Below are positions 19,901-32,090 of a stretch of DNA of 64,000 nt, piece after piece. The notes below the pieces were generated by a model. That model saw only the letters and a program-made list of their open reading frames with translations. It was not told the DNA's origin and did not search any database. The stretch spans positions 62,001-126,000 of the forward strand of contig QPMI01000136.1 in NCBI GenBank assembly GCA_004431415.1, in the 5' to 3' direction. Both the position numbers and the translations under genes were made by a program. The number at the start of each line of letters is the position of its first letter. Within the stretch, counting starts at the first letter, position 1. The stretch is from Cyanophora paradoxa CCMP329 (Eukaryota; Plantae; Glaucophyta).

Positions 19901-21394
19901 CCCTGCGGCTCTTTGAGCTGCTCGGCGTGCGGATCCCGCCCGGCGGCGTCGGCGGCGGCGGCGCGGCGCTGGCGGCGGGCCTGCGGTACCTCCTCTGGAC
20001 GACGTGGGAGGGGCCCGAGGCGTGGGGGGCGGCGCGCCTGCGCGGACTCGCCGAGGGGCTGGAGAACGGGGGCGCCTTCACGGAGGGGGCCCTCGGGCGC
20101 CTCTTTGCGGACGTCTGCCGCACGGCGTGGGACCGGTTCGCGGCGCCGCTCTCGGAGGAGGTCGCGGGGCGCGAGACGGACCTCCGCTGGGCGTGCGCCG
20201 AGCGCTGGCGGCTCCCGTGCCTCCGGCCGGAGCGGCGCGCCAAGGGGAGCGCCCGCCCGCCCTCGAGGACTGCGCGCGGCGCCTCCTGCATGACCTCGTC
20301 GTCCACGCGGCGGCGCAGCTGGGCCTCGGCGTCCTCATCGCGGCGACCGAGGCGCGGCGGGTGGTGCGGGGCGGACAGCGCACCACCGTCAAGCGCACGC
20401 GCTACTGTTTCGATCCGGAGACGGTCCTCCTGGGCCTGCGCCTCTACGGGCGCGACCGGGACGGGCGGGCCGGCATGCCGCCCAACGCCGCCCTCGCGGC
20501 GCTCCTCGCGGCGGCCGTGCGCTCCCACCAGATCCTGCTCGCGCGGGACCCGGCGTCCAAGCTCGTGACCTCGAGCGAGTGCGGCGGCGGTGGCGGCGGC
20601 GCGCGCAGCGGCCCCGGCGCGGCGCCGGCGGAGGAGGAGGAGGCCTCCCCGCGCCCCGGGGCGGGGGCGTGGCGCGTCGGCAGGCACCTGCGCGCCGGCG
20701 TGCACTCGGAGGTCTTCTTCTCGGAGGCGGCGCGGGCGGTCTTTGGCGCCGACGCCGCCCGCTGCTGGAGGGAGCCCGAGGAGGAGGACCAGGTCGGGTC
20801 GCCCTACGCGGAGCTGCTGGCGCGGGCCGCCGCCAGCGAGGCGACCGAGGCGCTCGTCCCGATCGCGCCGCCCTCGCCGGCGGCGGCGCGGACCCGACGG
20901 CCGCCGCGGTCTGCGCGCGGGACCTGGCGCGCGCCGCGCTGGAGATGCGGGCGGACGAGGCCAAGGGGAGCCTCGGATTCCCCCCCGCCGAGGAGCTGCC
21001 GGCCCTCCCGATCGAGGACGTGACCTGGACGCTCGGTCGCCTCGCCTCGGCCGCCGGCCCGCCCGGCGAGCGCGCCGTTGCGCTGTGCCCCATCGTCGAG
21101 GGCCGCGGGGGCCCGGACCCGTGCATCGGCTTTGCGTACACGGCGATTTTCGCGCAGAAGGAGCTCCTCCCGTCGTCCCGAATCGACCTGGTGCGCTCCG
21201 GGACCGGCGGCTCGGGCGTCTCCCTCTTTGTCGAGGACGCCGCTCGGCGCCTCCCCGCGGAGCTCGCCCGCCCGCGGCTCGAGCGGGCGTCTCGCTCTGC
21301 GGGGCGGAAGATGCTCCTCTTCGTACCCACCTCGACCTTTGCGTTTTTTGGCGTCCCCCTGCCCGGCCTTCCCCCCCCGGCCCCCCTCGCGTGA
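16975..21394 (+). pseudogene. 5'-truncated primase Zn-finger plus UL9-like SF2 origin-binding helicase, several frameshifts
   Basis: CPHGRDH...AHCYSLRC resembles the PrimPol/UL52 Zn finger; FVRAETGCGKT (Walker A), VMCTVQS, DVVIVDEG (Walker B), IVADADL, GSDF, FQLVRRRR; coding continues through the frames of ORFs 20004 and 20579. Confidence 0.75.
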
Positions 21395-21748
21395 CTGAAG
21401 GAGCAGCAATTGCGATTGAGAGGCTTGCATGCGCGTGCTTTTTTTGCGGGGCAACTCGGCATCGCCGTCGCGCCTTGCAATTGCTCCTGCACCGCCCTCT
21501 GCCCCTCTGCGCCCCCCGCGTTTCGAATTTTTTCGCGCAGATCCGGACCCGTCCCCGGCACGTGTACCCCCGTCCCACCTTGGCCTCGCTGCAACCGGAC
21601 CCGGTGCGTGTACCGTTTCCGTACTGCGTGAATGCGGCATTCCCAAATTTGGATTTTTTTTCCCAGCGGACCGATTCACCTGAAAGGGGATCGGGGGGCA
21701 CAAAAAGCGGCCCGCCGCCGCCGGCGCGCCTCAGTCTGCGCCCTCGAA

Positions 21749-23696
21749 ATGGATCCCAACTCGGCCGCCTCCGCCGCCGGCGGCGCGACCGCGGCGGCCC
21801 CTGCCGCTGCAGCAGCAGCCGCCGCCGACGACGCGACCGCGACCGCCGCCGCGGCGGCCAGCGGTCTCGGTCGCGCGCTCCGCTTCGGCCCGAGGACCTT
21901 TGAGAATCCGGCAAAGATCGTACCGTCCATCGAGAAGACGAGCAGGGGCAGGGCGATCGGGATCAACTCGGTGCGCAGGGCCCTCGGCAGGGTCGCACGC
22001 CTCCCGTCCGGCCTCCCCGAGATCATCTTCGCCCACCTGCCGCGAGCGAGGCGCCTCGCCATGCTGCGCACCTGCCAGCAGACGCGCACCTTTGCGCTCG
22101 GCGCGTCCTCGCGCGGCTGGTTTGACGCCCTCTTCGTCGACGACCCGATCGCCCTCATCTCGGGCCCGGCGCGGCCGGCGGCGCCCCGCGCGGCTCCTCG
22201 CCGGGCGCGGCGCGGGCGCAGAGGTGCCCCTCCCCGCAGACTGCGGTCCAAACTGCCTGGACTTTGTACCGGCGTTTTCGCACGGCGACGGCGAGGGCCG
22301 CTGGATGGGCCTGCTCTACCCGCGTGGATGGTTGGGACCCCGCACGCCCACGGTCCTGCGCTACGGGCCCGGCGGGCGCGCCGGCGCCCTGGCAATCCCC
22401 CCGCAAATGGACTTTGCGTTCACCAGCTGCGGGCGCGATTCCTTTGCCATCGGCCGCGACGGCGCCGCCGTGCTCGGCGGCGCGCGCAGCTGGCTGGTCT
22501 GGTCTCCCGACGGCCGCGCGGAGATCGTGGACGTGGGGGCGGTCGTGGGGGGCGTGGTGGCGTGCCGCCCCTCCCCCGACGCCTCTCGCGTCGCCGTCTG
22601 CAGCATCGTCGATCGCCGCATCCTCGTCCGCTTCGTCCGCGTGGGCGACTCTGCCGAGGCGGCCGCCGCGGCGCGCCCCATCGACGTGGGGCCCCTGGAC
22701 TCGGACGCGGCGCGCGGGCGCCTCTCGGAGGATCTCACCTTTCTCGACGGGAGCCACGTCGACGGCGGCGGCCTCCACGCCGGCGCCAACTACCCTTGGG
22801 AGGCCGTGGACGCGGCGCACGCCGATGTCGGCGTGACGTGGAACGCGCCCTGCACCGCGGTCCTGGTCCGCGCCAAGGCATCGACCTGCGCCGTCGACGT
22901 CGAGGGGGACGAAGACGAGTACGCGTTCGAGGCCCACCTGGTGCGGCTCGCGTCGGTGACCCTGGAGGGCCGCTCGCGCGCGTGCTGGTGGTGCACGATT
23001 GGCCAGGCTCCCGTGGACGCCTTTGCCGTCGGCCTCGGGGAGAACTGGCTCCTCCACACCACCCGGCCCGTCGAGGACATCGGCGCGGCGTCCATGTACG
23101 TCTTCTACCTCGACCCTCCCACCGTACGCCGCGGCGACGTCGACATACGGTGCACCATGATCGAGCTGCGGATGCCCTGCCAGGGGTGGTTCTGGGATTC
23201 CATCGTGCCCCTCGGCAACTGGTGCTTCATCTACCAGGCCTGGGGCCAGTTTATGCAGGGCACCGACGGGCACCGCCGCGGGATCAGCCGCCCGTTTCTC
23301 GTCACCATCGAGCGCCGCTCGTCGCACGTCGACTATTTCGAGCTGCGCGGGGCCGCTGGACTGGATCGCGAGCCCAGCGACGACGAGATCGCGGGCCGCC
23401 TGCGGCCCCTGGGCGCCGTGGGGCTCCACGGACTCGCGGTGCTGGGGAGGGGCCAGGGCGGCTGCGCGGTGCACGACGTCGACGTCGTGCGCTACGTGCC
23501 GTGGCCGGGGACGGGCGACCTCGTCCGCCTGGGCGGGAGCGAGACCTCTACGCAGTTTCTGCCCAAGGGGCTGGTGCAGCTGCGGTTCGACACCGCGCCG
23601 TCGACGAGCGACTGGATCGAGGCGCGCTACTCGGGCCCCCACGGCATCGAGCACGGCTGCACGCTCACCTTTGACCCCGAGGTCGACGCGGCGTAG
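21749..23696 (+). CDS. F-box-like protein with beta-rich C-terminus; putative GC-AG intron 22164-22239
   Basis: ARLPSGLPEIIFAHLPRARRLAMLRTCQ F-box-like motif; removing the intron joins ORF 21632 to ORF 21900 in frame. Confidence 0.55.
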
Positions 23697-24039
23697 AGCG
23701 TACACGCCGACGCGCGCCCCGCGCGATCGGAGGGCGGCTCGGCGCGCGCCCCCTTTTCCCCCGCCGCAAAATTAAATGCCCCAATTAGCCGCCGGCCCCG
23801 CGATCGGCCGCTAGCCAAGTACCGTGTCGGTACGCCTATGTGTGCACGCTTCCGATCGTGTGATTACGGGTGCTGCGCGTGCGTACGCGTGCGCGTGGGG
23901 CGCGCCCCAAGCGCGCCGTCGCCTCGCCGAGGGCGTGCGGGACTGCGGGATTCCTCCCCCTGCACGAGAATCTCTCGATTGCTCGGTAGCCCGCGGGGGA
24001 GGGGAGGCGGGAGGGGGGTAGGGGGTGGGGTAGGATGGG

Positions 24040-24780
24040 GGTAGAGGGTTGCTGGAAACGAGAAGGGGTCGGCGGGGCGGGATGGGGGTAGCAAAATGTA
24101 CGCTCCGGCACCTCGCCTGCGCAACGGCCGCAATCTGGTCGCGGGGGGGGAGGGGGTAAGATAGGGGTACAGGGTTGCTGGAACGAGAAGGGGTCGAGGG
24201 GAATAGGAGGACACACGGTTCGGCTCCCGGCAACGTATATTCGATGCGGCCGAGGGCCTGCGGACTCGTTTTCGGTGTGCCGACGGCGCGGCGGGCGGCG
24301 AAAGCGGGCCGTACCCCTGCCGTACTCTCTCCCCCTCCTCCCCCTCCGCCCGTAGATCGTGGAGCGGCTGCATTCTGGTCGGTGTAAGGGAGGGGGAGGT
24401 GCAGCGCCTCCAGGGCAGGGAAGGAAAAAAAGCAGGGCACCGGTTCGACTCTCGATGGGGAAGGGTAGCTCACTCCCGACCAGAATGCGGCCGATCCCGG
24501 TATTAAGGTGGCGGGTCGGGCGTGCGGAGCGGTACCCCCGAGCCTCCCCCTCCCCCCACCCGCCCTCCGCTCGCACCCCCTCCCCACCCTTTGCCGCCTG
24601 TAGATCGTGCAGCGGCCGCATCCCGGCCGCGGCGAGTCGGGTGGGGCGAATGGGGGTACGGGCCGCAGAGTAGGGGCACCGGCTCGACTCTCGGCAGAGC
24701 CCTTCCCGACCCGAATGCGGCCGGCTCCGCCTCCAAGGGCGCCGGGGCAGGCGGGGCGGACGGCGCGTACCCCTGCCCTC
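24040..24780. repeat. Degenerate duplications in a G-run-rich intergenic region
   Basis: GGGTTGCTGGAA(A)CGAGAAGGGGTCG at ~24046 and ~24172; GTAGATCGTG, GGGCACCGGYTCGACTCTCG and GAATGCGGCCG recur about 240 bp apart. Confidence 0.6.
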
Positions 24781-25010
24781 CTGCGCGGCCACGGCGCGGT
24801 CAGAGGGGGCGAGGGGCGCCGGCAGGGGGGTACCGCAGGCCGGGAGAGCGCGCGCACCGAGCCGGCTCGCCGCCCGCCGCCTAGCCTGCTCGGAGCCGCC
24901 CCCGAGCCGTACCCCTGCGCGCGGGACCGAGTCGCACGAAACCGTGCCCGGCAAACGTATAAGAGACGGCGCCGCCGCCGCCGGGGGCCACTTGCGAACC
25001 TGCGAAAAGA

Positions 25011-25702
25011 ATGTGCCGAGACGGGCGCCTGGTCGCAACGCGCGACGGGGACATGGTGTGCGATGCCTGCGGCGAGGCCGAGGCGGCCGCCGCGTCGCTG
25101 GGGCCGCGCGGGACGCCGAAGAGGCCCCGCAGGCCGGCGAGGCCGCGCCGGCGTCGCCCCGGGGCGGCCCGCGGCCCACGCATATGGCGCGCGTGGAGAG
25201 GCTGCTGGAGAGCGCGGCGCTGGAGCTGGGCCTCGCCGACGCGGCGGTCGACGAGGCGCGACGGCTGCTCGCGGACCGCACGCTCCGAGTCGGGCGGAAG
25301 AACGAGATCTCCGTCACCGGGGCCCTCTACTGGGCGGCCGCCGCCGCCGGCGCCCCGCGCACCGTCGAAGAGGCGCTCGGCTGGCACCCCGCCCTGCGCA
25401 CGCGCCGCGCGGCGCTCGTCAGGATGGTCCGCGCGATCCACCGCCGCCGCGGCGTGGGGCGCGTACCCCGCGCGCCCGACTATGTCGACACGCTCGCCCA
25501 TCGCGTGGGGCTGGGCGGGGCCGGCGCGCGGGCGGCGCGCGAGTACGCCGAGCGGCACCGGGACTCGGGGCGGAGCCCGATCGTCATCGCCGCGGCTGCG
25601 CTGGTGGTCGAGGGCGGCGCGTCGGTGCTGGACGCCGCGCGGGCCGCCGGCATCACGGCCGCCGGCGTCAAGCAGTGCATCAAGGCGCTCGCCGCCTCCT
25701 AG
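25011..25702 (+). CDS. TFIIB: Minimal TFIIB-like transcription factor, frameshift at ~25110-25150
   Basis: Zn ribbon DGDMVCDACG (ORF 25011); cyclin repeats with GRK...GALYWA...PRT, DYVDTLAHRVGL and SGRSPIVIAAAAL (ORF 24944). Confidence 0.8.
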
Positions 25703-26510
25703 GAGGATAGAGAGAGAGATAGGTTGAGCGTTGTGTTGCAACTGAGAGCCTGCGGCGGCGCGCGGCGTGTCATTCGTGCATGCGGGAATGAAAGCCTGGC
25801 GCCGGCGGGTCGCACCGGGCACGGCAAGGCAGAGGAATCGTCCAGCCGCACCGCGCGCGCTCGGCTGGAGCGGCCCGGGCGTGCCGCGCGGCGCGATCCG
25901 ACCGCGGCCGCGCCGAGCCCTCGCCTCTGGGACGCGCCCCGGGGGCTTTGGGTGCATCAAACGTAGTTTGAGACGCTCTCCGGTCGATCGGGCCCGAGGG
26001 GCGGCCGGCCGGGTCGCGCGGGGCCCCGCACGGCGGTCGAGGACTCGTTGAGAACTTGACGAGTCCTGGGGAGCAAGCGTGGGCGGGGTACGGGGCGCTT
26101 TCGTTCTCACCCGCCCCTCGGTAAGAGACGAGCCGGACTTGGCAAAATCCTCGGCGGGGCGAGTTCCCCGAGTCGCCCGAGCGGCGGCGCGCGGCGGCGG
26201 GCTCAAGCTTGCCTAGACGCTCGATTTGCATTGCAGCATCCGAAAGGCTACGTGCTATGCGCGTGGGGGGCGAACAGAGAGCGGACCGGCCGCCGGCCGG
26301 GGCCTGCAATCGGCACCCGGGTTCTGCTTGCGGGTCCCAGATCGGCTTGGTTCGCCTCTGATGGCGTCTTCCAACGTTTTCTGATTCCATGACGCGCAGG
26401 CTAGAGCACCCGCGGCCCGCCAGCCGAGGAGTTGACCGCGGCTGCGGCGGGCGCGTGCAGCGCCGTTTCCTTCCTTCTTCGTTGCGCTTCCGCTTGCTCG
26501 GGTGCAGCTC

Positions 26511-27134
26511 CTACGACCCGTCCGAGACCGGGCTCTCGCCTCCCGCGTCGGCGCCCTCGGGGTTGACGTGGACGACGATCTGGGTGCCGCCGCCGGCGCT
26601 CCACTCGGCGGCGAGCTTCTTCATGGCTTCGACGCGCTTCGATGCGGACCCGGTGCGCCCCTTGAGCGCCTGCTCGTAACCCTGGGCCAGGCTGCGGTTC
26701 GGAAACGGCGTGGCGACGGCGACGAGCCGCCAGGGTCCGCGGCTCTTGGTGAACGAGCCGCGGATGGTGCCGCGCGAGTGCTCCTTGTACCTCCGCGCGA
26801 GGCTCGCCGTCTCGCCGCAGTAGAACATCTGCCCGTTGTGCAAGAGGTACACGACGTGCTGCTTCTCAAACTGGTGGTGGAACGCGCGGGCCTTGCCGCC
26901 GCCGCCGCCGCCGCCGCCGCCCGGCGATGCCTTTGCTGCCGCGGCGTCGGCGCCGGCCCCAGGACCGGCGCTCCCGCGCTCCCCGTCGACGCTGCCCTTG
27001 TCCGCATCCGAGTCCTCGTGCGCCCCGTCGCCTTCGCTCCCTCGAGGCTGCTGCCGCGGCTCGCCTTCTTTGACCGCATCCGCAGGAGGCGCGCCCTGCA
27101 TCTCTGCGTCGGCCTCCATGCTGCCAACCCCCAT
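26511..27134 (-). CDS. GIY-YIG endonuclease (Slx1/UPF0213-like)
   Basis: VVYLL...FYCGET..LARRYKEH...FTKSRGPWRLV...AQGYEQALK. Confidence 0.88.
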   Translation of the reverse strand: MGVGSMEADAEMQGAPPADAVKEGEPRQQPRGSEGDGAHEDSDADKGSVDGERGSAGPGAGADAAAAKASPGGGGGGGGGKARAFHHQFEKQHVVYLLHNGQMFYCGETASLARRYKEHSRGTIRGSFTKSRGPWRLVAVATPFPNRSLAQGYEQALKGRTGSASKRVEAMKKLAAEWSAGGGTQIVVHVNPEGADAGGESPVSDGS

Positions 27135-27219
27135 CCGCCGCGCGGCCCCGGCGCGAGGACGGGAGAGCGTCTGGTGCGACCGTCCCCCGTGGCGGCGCGC
27201 GGCAGGCTCGCTTTATGCG

Positions 27220-30200
27220 TTACGCAGATCTCGGCGCGGGCACAAAGGCGTGGTGGGACGGCGGCGGCGGCTGCGGATGCGGCGTGGTGCTGAGCCTGGC
27301 GCGCTTCGGCGGGGCCCCGCCGGGAGACTCGACGCGCGCGAGGGGCGGAGGGCGCCGGCCGGAGGGCACGCGGCGAGAGGCGGCAGCGCGGGGGCGGCGG
27401 GGGCGCGGCGTGTCCGGCCGCCCGGGTCCGTCCATTCCCTCGCGGGGCCCGCCGTCGCCGCCCGCGCTTCCTTTTGCGGGTTCGCCGGCCGGCCTCCGAG
27501 GCGAGGCTGCGGGTCGCTTCGCCTCCCCGCGCCCCGTCAGCCGGACGGCGGCCGCGCCTTGGGCGGCCTCCCGCGCCGCCTCACGGGCGGGCGCCCCGCC
27601 CGCCCCGCCGCGCGACGACGAGGAGGAAGAGGCCGGCGGCGGCGAGGACGCCGGCCGCGCAAAGCCCAGGAGCTCCAGCACCCGCTCGGCGCCGGTTCGG
27701 ATCTCGACGGTGCCGTTGCGGCCCTCGTACTCGACGGGGAAGAGGGCGCTCACGCCCGTCCACTCGCGAGGTCCGCCCTCCTGGCTCGCCGTCCACGCCC
27801 CGCCGAACCGCTTCAGCAGGACGAAGCGGGACTCGAACTCGCCGCTCGGCAGGTCGATCGTCTGGACGAGGCGCGCGTACACCACGTTGGGCAGCGGGCT
27901 CGCCGCGTGCGTCGCCAGCGCCGCCACCACCTGCCCCGCCGCGTACGGCGAGGCCGACCGCCAGCGCAGGTGGTAGAGGGCGGCGGCGGCCCCGCCGCGG
28001 GCACGGCGACGGGGCGGGAACGGCGCCGCCGCGGCCCGGCCCGAGGCCCCGCCGGCGGCTGAGGCCCCGCCGGCGGCCGCCGCGGATGAGCCCCGGGAGC
28101 AGTAGCTCGCGTGGTGCTTCGCCCCGGCCGCGTTGTTGAACGCCTCGCGGTGCGTCGGGGCGGTAAAGGCGGGAGGCGCGGGGCGCGGGGCGGGCGCGGT
28201 CTCACCCGGTCGCAGGGCTCGCAGTAGCGCTGCTCGGCGATCGCCAGCGCCCGCTCGACGGCATAGTCGGCGTCCCAGGGCCGCTGAGGCCCCCCCGCGC
28301 TGCCGGTCCGGCGCCGCTTGGCCTCGAGCCGCCCCCGTCCCCCTCGTCCCCTTCTTCCTCCTCCTCCTCCTCTTCCTCTTCCTCCTCTTCCTCTTCCTCG
28401 TCACTCAAGTCGAACGAGCTGGAGCTCCCGCCCTTGCGCGCCGGCTCGGGGCTCGTCGACGGCGTCGGCGCCTGCGTCGACGGCGTCGGCGCCTGCGTCG
28501 CCGGCACCGCCTCGCCCTCGTCTCCGGCCTCTCTCTCTTTCTTTTTCTTTTCCTCCTTCTCCCCCTGGTGTTCCTCGTCGCCGTCCTCCCTCGCCGCCTT
28601 GCCGCCGCGGCTCCCGCCGCCCGCCGCCCGCCCCTTGCTCCGGCCGGCCCCTCGGCGCGCAGCGCGGGGCGCCGCCGGACGGGGCGCGGGGTCGGCCGCC
28701 GGCCCCTCCAGGAGCGGCGGCTCGGGCCCGTCGGGGCTCTCCCGCGCGCGGCGCCTCTCCTCCACGTGCTTCAGCGCCAGCTGCTCGAGGTACGCCACCG
28801 CCGAGGCCGCCGCGCGCGCGCGGGCCGAGTAGTCGTAATTCTGCGTCGCAGTGACGACGCTGTGCCCCAGCAGCTTGGCTGCGCGGGGGCGCGGTGACGG
28901 CGGGCGCGGCGGCGGGCGCGGCGGCGGGCGCGGAGGCGGGCGCGGGAGCGGGGTGCGGCGCACCCGTCCCCTCGACGACGGCGGCGGCGGTGTCGCCGGA
29001 GATGCGGTTCGCGGCGGCCTCGTCCCGCACGTGCGTCGTGATGATGGCGCGGATGGCCTGCGCCGTCACCGGCACGCCCGTGTACTTTTCCGTCACCTGC
29101 GGTGCGTGAGCCTCTCCCCCCTCAGCCCGCCCGCCCCCCCGCGCGCCTTTTTCACAAAGTTGCTCCAGCCGGCGTCGGAGAGGAGCGTTCCCGTCGGGCC
29201 GGTGAAGAGCCAGCCCTCGTCGGCGGCGCCCGTCGTCGGCGGGAAGAGGAGGCGGCGGTAGCGCTCGACGTACAAGGTGAGCGGCTCCTGGACAAACCCG
29301 GGGATCGGAAAGGTCATCGCGCCGGCAGTCTTGGCCGTCTTGGACGAGAGGACCGGCTCGGCGCCCCCGACGTCGATTCTCATCTTTGTGAGCGCGATCG
29401 CCCACGCGCCCTGGTCCCTTCGGAGCGTGTGACCGATCCTGCGCAGGGCGCGCGGTGGCCATGGGGGCGGGGCGGGAGGGGCGGCGGAGGGGGGGTACAG
29501 CACCTGAGGCGGCGGACGATGCCGACGCGCGAGGGCGTCGAGACGAGGAGGGAGAGGAGGAGCCCCTCGCGGAGGGCGAGGGCCTTGTCGTACTCGAGCG
29601 GCGCCCGCTCCGCCGCCTCCAGCGCGTCCAGCCGCGCCGAGAGGAGCGTCTCAAAGGGCACCCAGTTCGGTCCGCGCTCGCGCCACTTGACCCCCTCCCG
29701 CTTCTCCTTTCTCAGCTGGGCGAGCAGGTTGCGGAGGCCGCGGGCGTGGGGCCCCTCGGAGCCCGCCGCCGCGCCCGACGTGCGCGCGTGGACAAAGGCG
29801 TGGGCCTGGAGCGCCGCCTGCGTGTACCCCGCCAAGGTGGCCGCCTGCACCTTGCGCTCCCCGCGGAGAAACGTGAGGAACCGCATCCACAGGTCGATGA
29901 AATCGACGCGGGCGCCGGAGAAGAGCTCGAGCGTCGGGGCGCCGTCGATCTTCTCGCGGAGGGCGCAGTACCCCAGGAAGCGCAGCAGCGTCGTCCGCTC
30001 GTTGGCCAGCGTCGAGGAGCGCTCGACGGCGGCGCCGGGGCGGTCGGGGTTGAGGGCGCGGGTACGCCACTCTTCGTACGCGGCGAGCTGCGCCTTGAGC
30101 TCCCGCGACTGATCCTCCTCGCGCAGGCCGTACGGGGCGGCGCGCTCGGCCGACGGCTCCTCGGGGGCCTCGGCGTCGGAGCCCGCGTCGCCCGGCGCCG

Positions 30201-32090
30201 GCAGCGGCGGCGGCCGCGGCGAGCTCGAGGGGGAGGACGAGGGGTCGGCGCCGGGATCGCTCCCCTCGCTGCCGGAGCTTGTCGAGCTCTCCCCGAGGTC
30301 GACGGCTCGAATCCCCACGGCGGCGCCCGGCGGAGCCTGGCGGGACGCTGCGGCGGCGGCGGCGGCGGCAGCGGCGGCAGCGGCGGCGCGGGGCCGCTCC
30401 TCGGCGGGGAGGACCACGCGCTCGGGGTCCGGCAGGGCGTCGGCGTCAAAGAGCGTGATCGACGGGTCGAGGATCATGCTCTCCAGCATCGACCGGTACG
30501 CCTGGCGCTTCTCCACGATAAACTTGGCGTTGTCCTTGGCGACGGCGTCTGACATGGGGCCCCCCGGGCGGTAGAACATCAGCTCGCCGTGTGCCAGCTC
30601 GTCCGACCACGAGAAGCCCGTCGCCGCCTCCAGCGTCGCGCCCTCGGCGAACCAGAGGATCCCTGCCGGGGGCCCGTCAAGGGGGCGCTGCGGGAATGGG
30701 CGCCGAGGGAGAGGCGCGCACACGGCCCGCACTGGTACCCGTCCACCTGGAGCCGCCCGCCGCTCGTCTCGTCCACGAACTGGTGCGCGGGAAACGCCGC
30801 CTTGGCCGCGTAGACGAGCGACGGGTCGCAGGGGTCGCCGAGCGAGTCCCAGTACCGAGTCTTCGCCCCGCCGAGCACGACGAGGGTCCAGTGGCCGCCG
30901 CTCGCCGAGCGCTTCTCGGCCCCGCGGCGCACGAGGCTCGTCGAGACGGGGCAGATGACGGTGCCGCCCCTCGCCACGAGCGACAGCGCGCGCCGCTTAC
31001 GGCGCTCCTCGCTCGCAGCCGCGTACCGGCGGAGGACCGAGGCGAGGATGTCGACGCTCATCGGGTAGAGGGCCCGCACGCGGCCGTTGTTGGCCTTGCG
31101 CAGGATGAGGGTGAGCACGTTGGCGATGTGCGTGTCCGTGAGCCACTCGCGCGCACCAAAGATCGGGACGCGGCGCGCAGGCGGGACGGGCGCGGGAACG
31201 GCGGCGGCGGCGGCGACGGGGTCGGCGCCCTCGAGGACGAGCCGCTGGCGCTTGAAGTCGGCGAGGAGGCTCGCGTCGCGCCCCGGTAGGTCCTTTAGGA
31301 ACATCTCCACGCCGAGCGCGCTGATGAAGCCCCAGGTGCGGGCAAAGCCGCGCGAGGCCTCGCCCTCGACCTCGGAGCCCAGGCCGGCGTACCGCGTCAG
31401 CGTCTGCGTGACGAGGCCGAAGCGCTCGCGGCCGATGCTCAGCGTCGTCACGTTCCAGCGGTGCGGCCCGTCCCGCGCGAGGTCCGGGAGGCGCCTCTCG
31501 ATCTCGCGCCGCACGCAGTTTGTGTCGCGGGAGGAGCCGTAGAGGGCGTCGGCGAGCGAGGCCATCGGCACCCAGAGCTGCAGGTCCGGCACCTCGATCC
31601 GCTTGGCGCGCAGCGCGTACATCCGCTTGCCGCCGACGCGTACGACGTGCAGGTCGAGGCGCGCGAGGGTGCGGGGCCGGCGGCGCTCGTTGGCGGCGTA
31701 GAACGAGGCGGCGGCGGCGCGCTTCCGCGGCTCGTCCGTCCCCTCCCACGCCTCGGCGATCACCTCCAGCACGTAGCGCATCGCCACCATCCGCGGCGGC
31801 GACTCGGGCGTGCACTCGCGCCGGCGGACGGCGCCCAGCGCCTCGAGCAGCAGGATGGCGTTCTCGTCGGGCAGCGGCCGCGTCGGGACGCCGTAGCGGA
31901 CGGTGAGGAGGTCCTCGGCCTCGGCCTCGGGCCCGTCGGCGTCGGGGCGCGGCTCGCCGAGGAGGCGCGCCAGCTGGGCCGAGCACGCGGCGGGGCCCGC
32001 CGTCGTCGGGAGGACGACGAGGCGCTCCGGCCCCCAGGGCCCGGCATACTCGACGAGCTCGTAGGCGTCGTGTACCGTCGGGAAGGACAT
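27220..32090 (-). CDS. Spliced fusion: Ulp1/C48 cysteine protease - tyrosine recombinase - acidic tract - C2HC Zn finger
   Basis: Protease WLTD, GHWTL, YWDSL, QVDGYQCG; YR PSR, SKT, QAIR, LLGHS, QNY. Introns 30663-30721, 29439-29503, 29097-29146 (GC) and 28879-28963 each restore the frame. The 3' end needs one frameshift (~28290) and an intron (~28145-28205). Confidence 0.8.
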
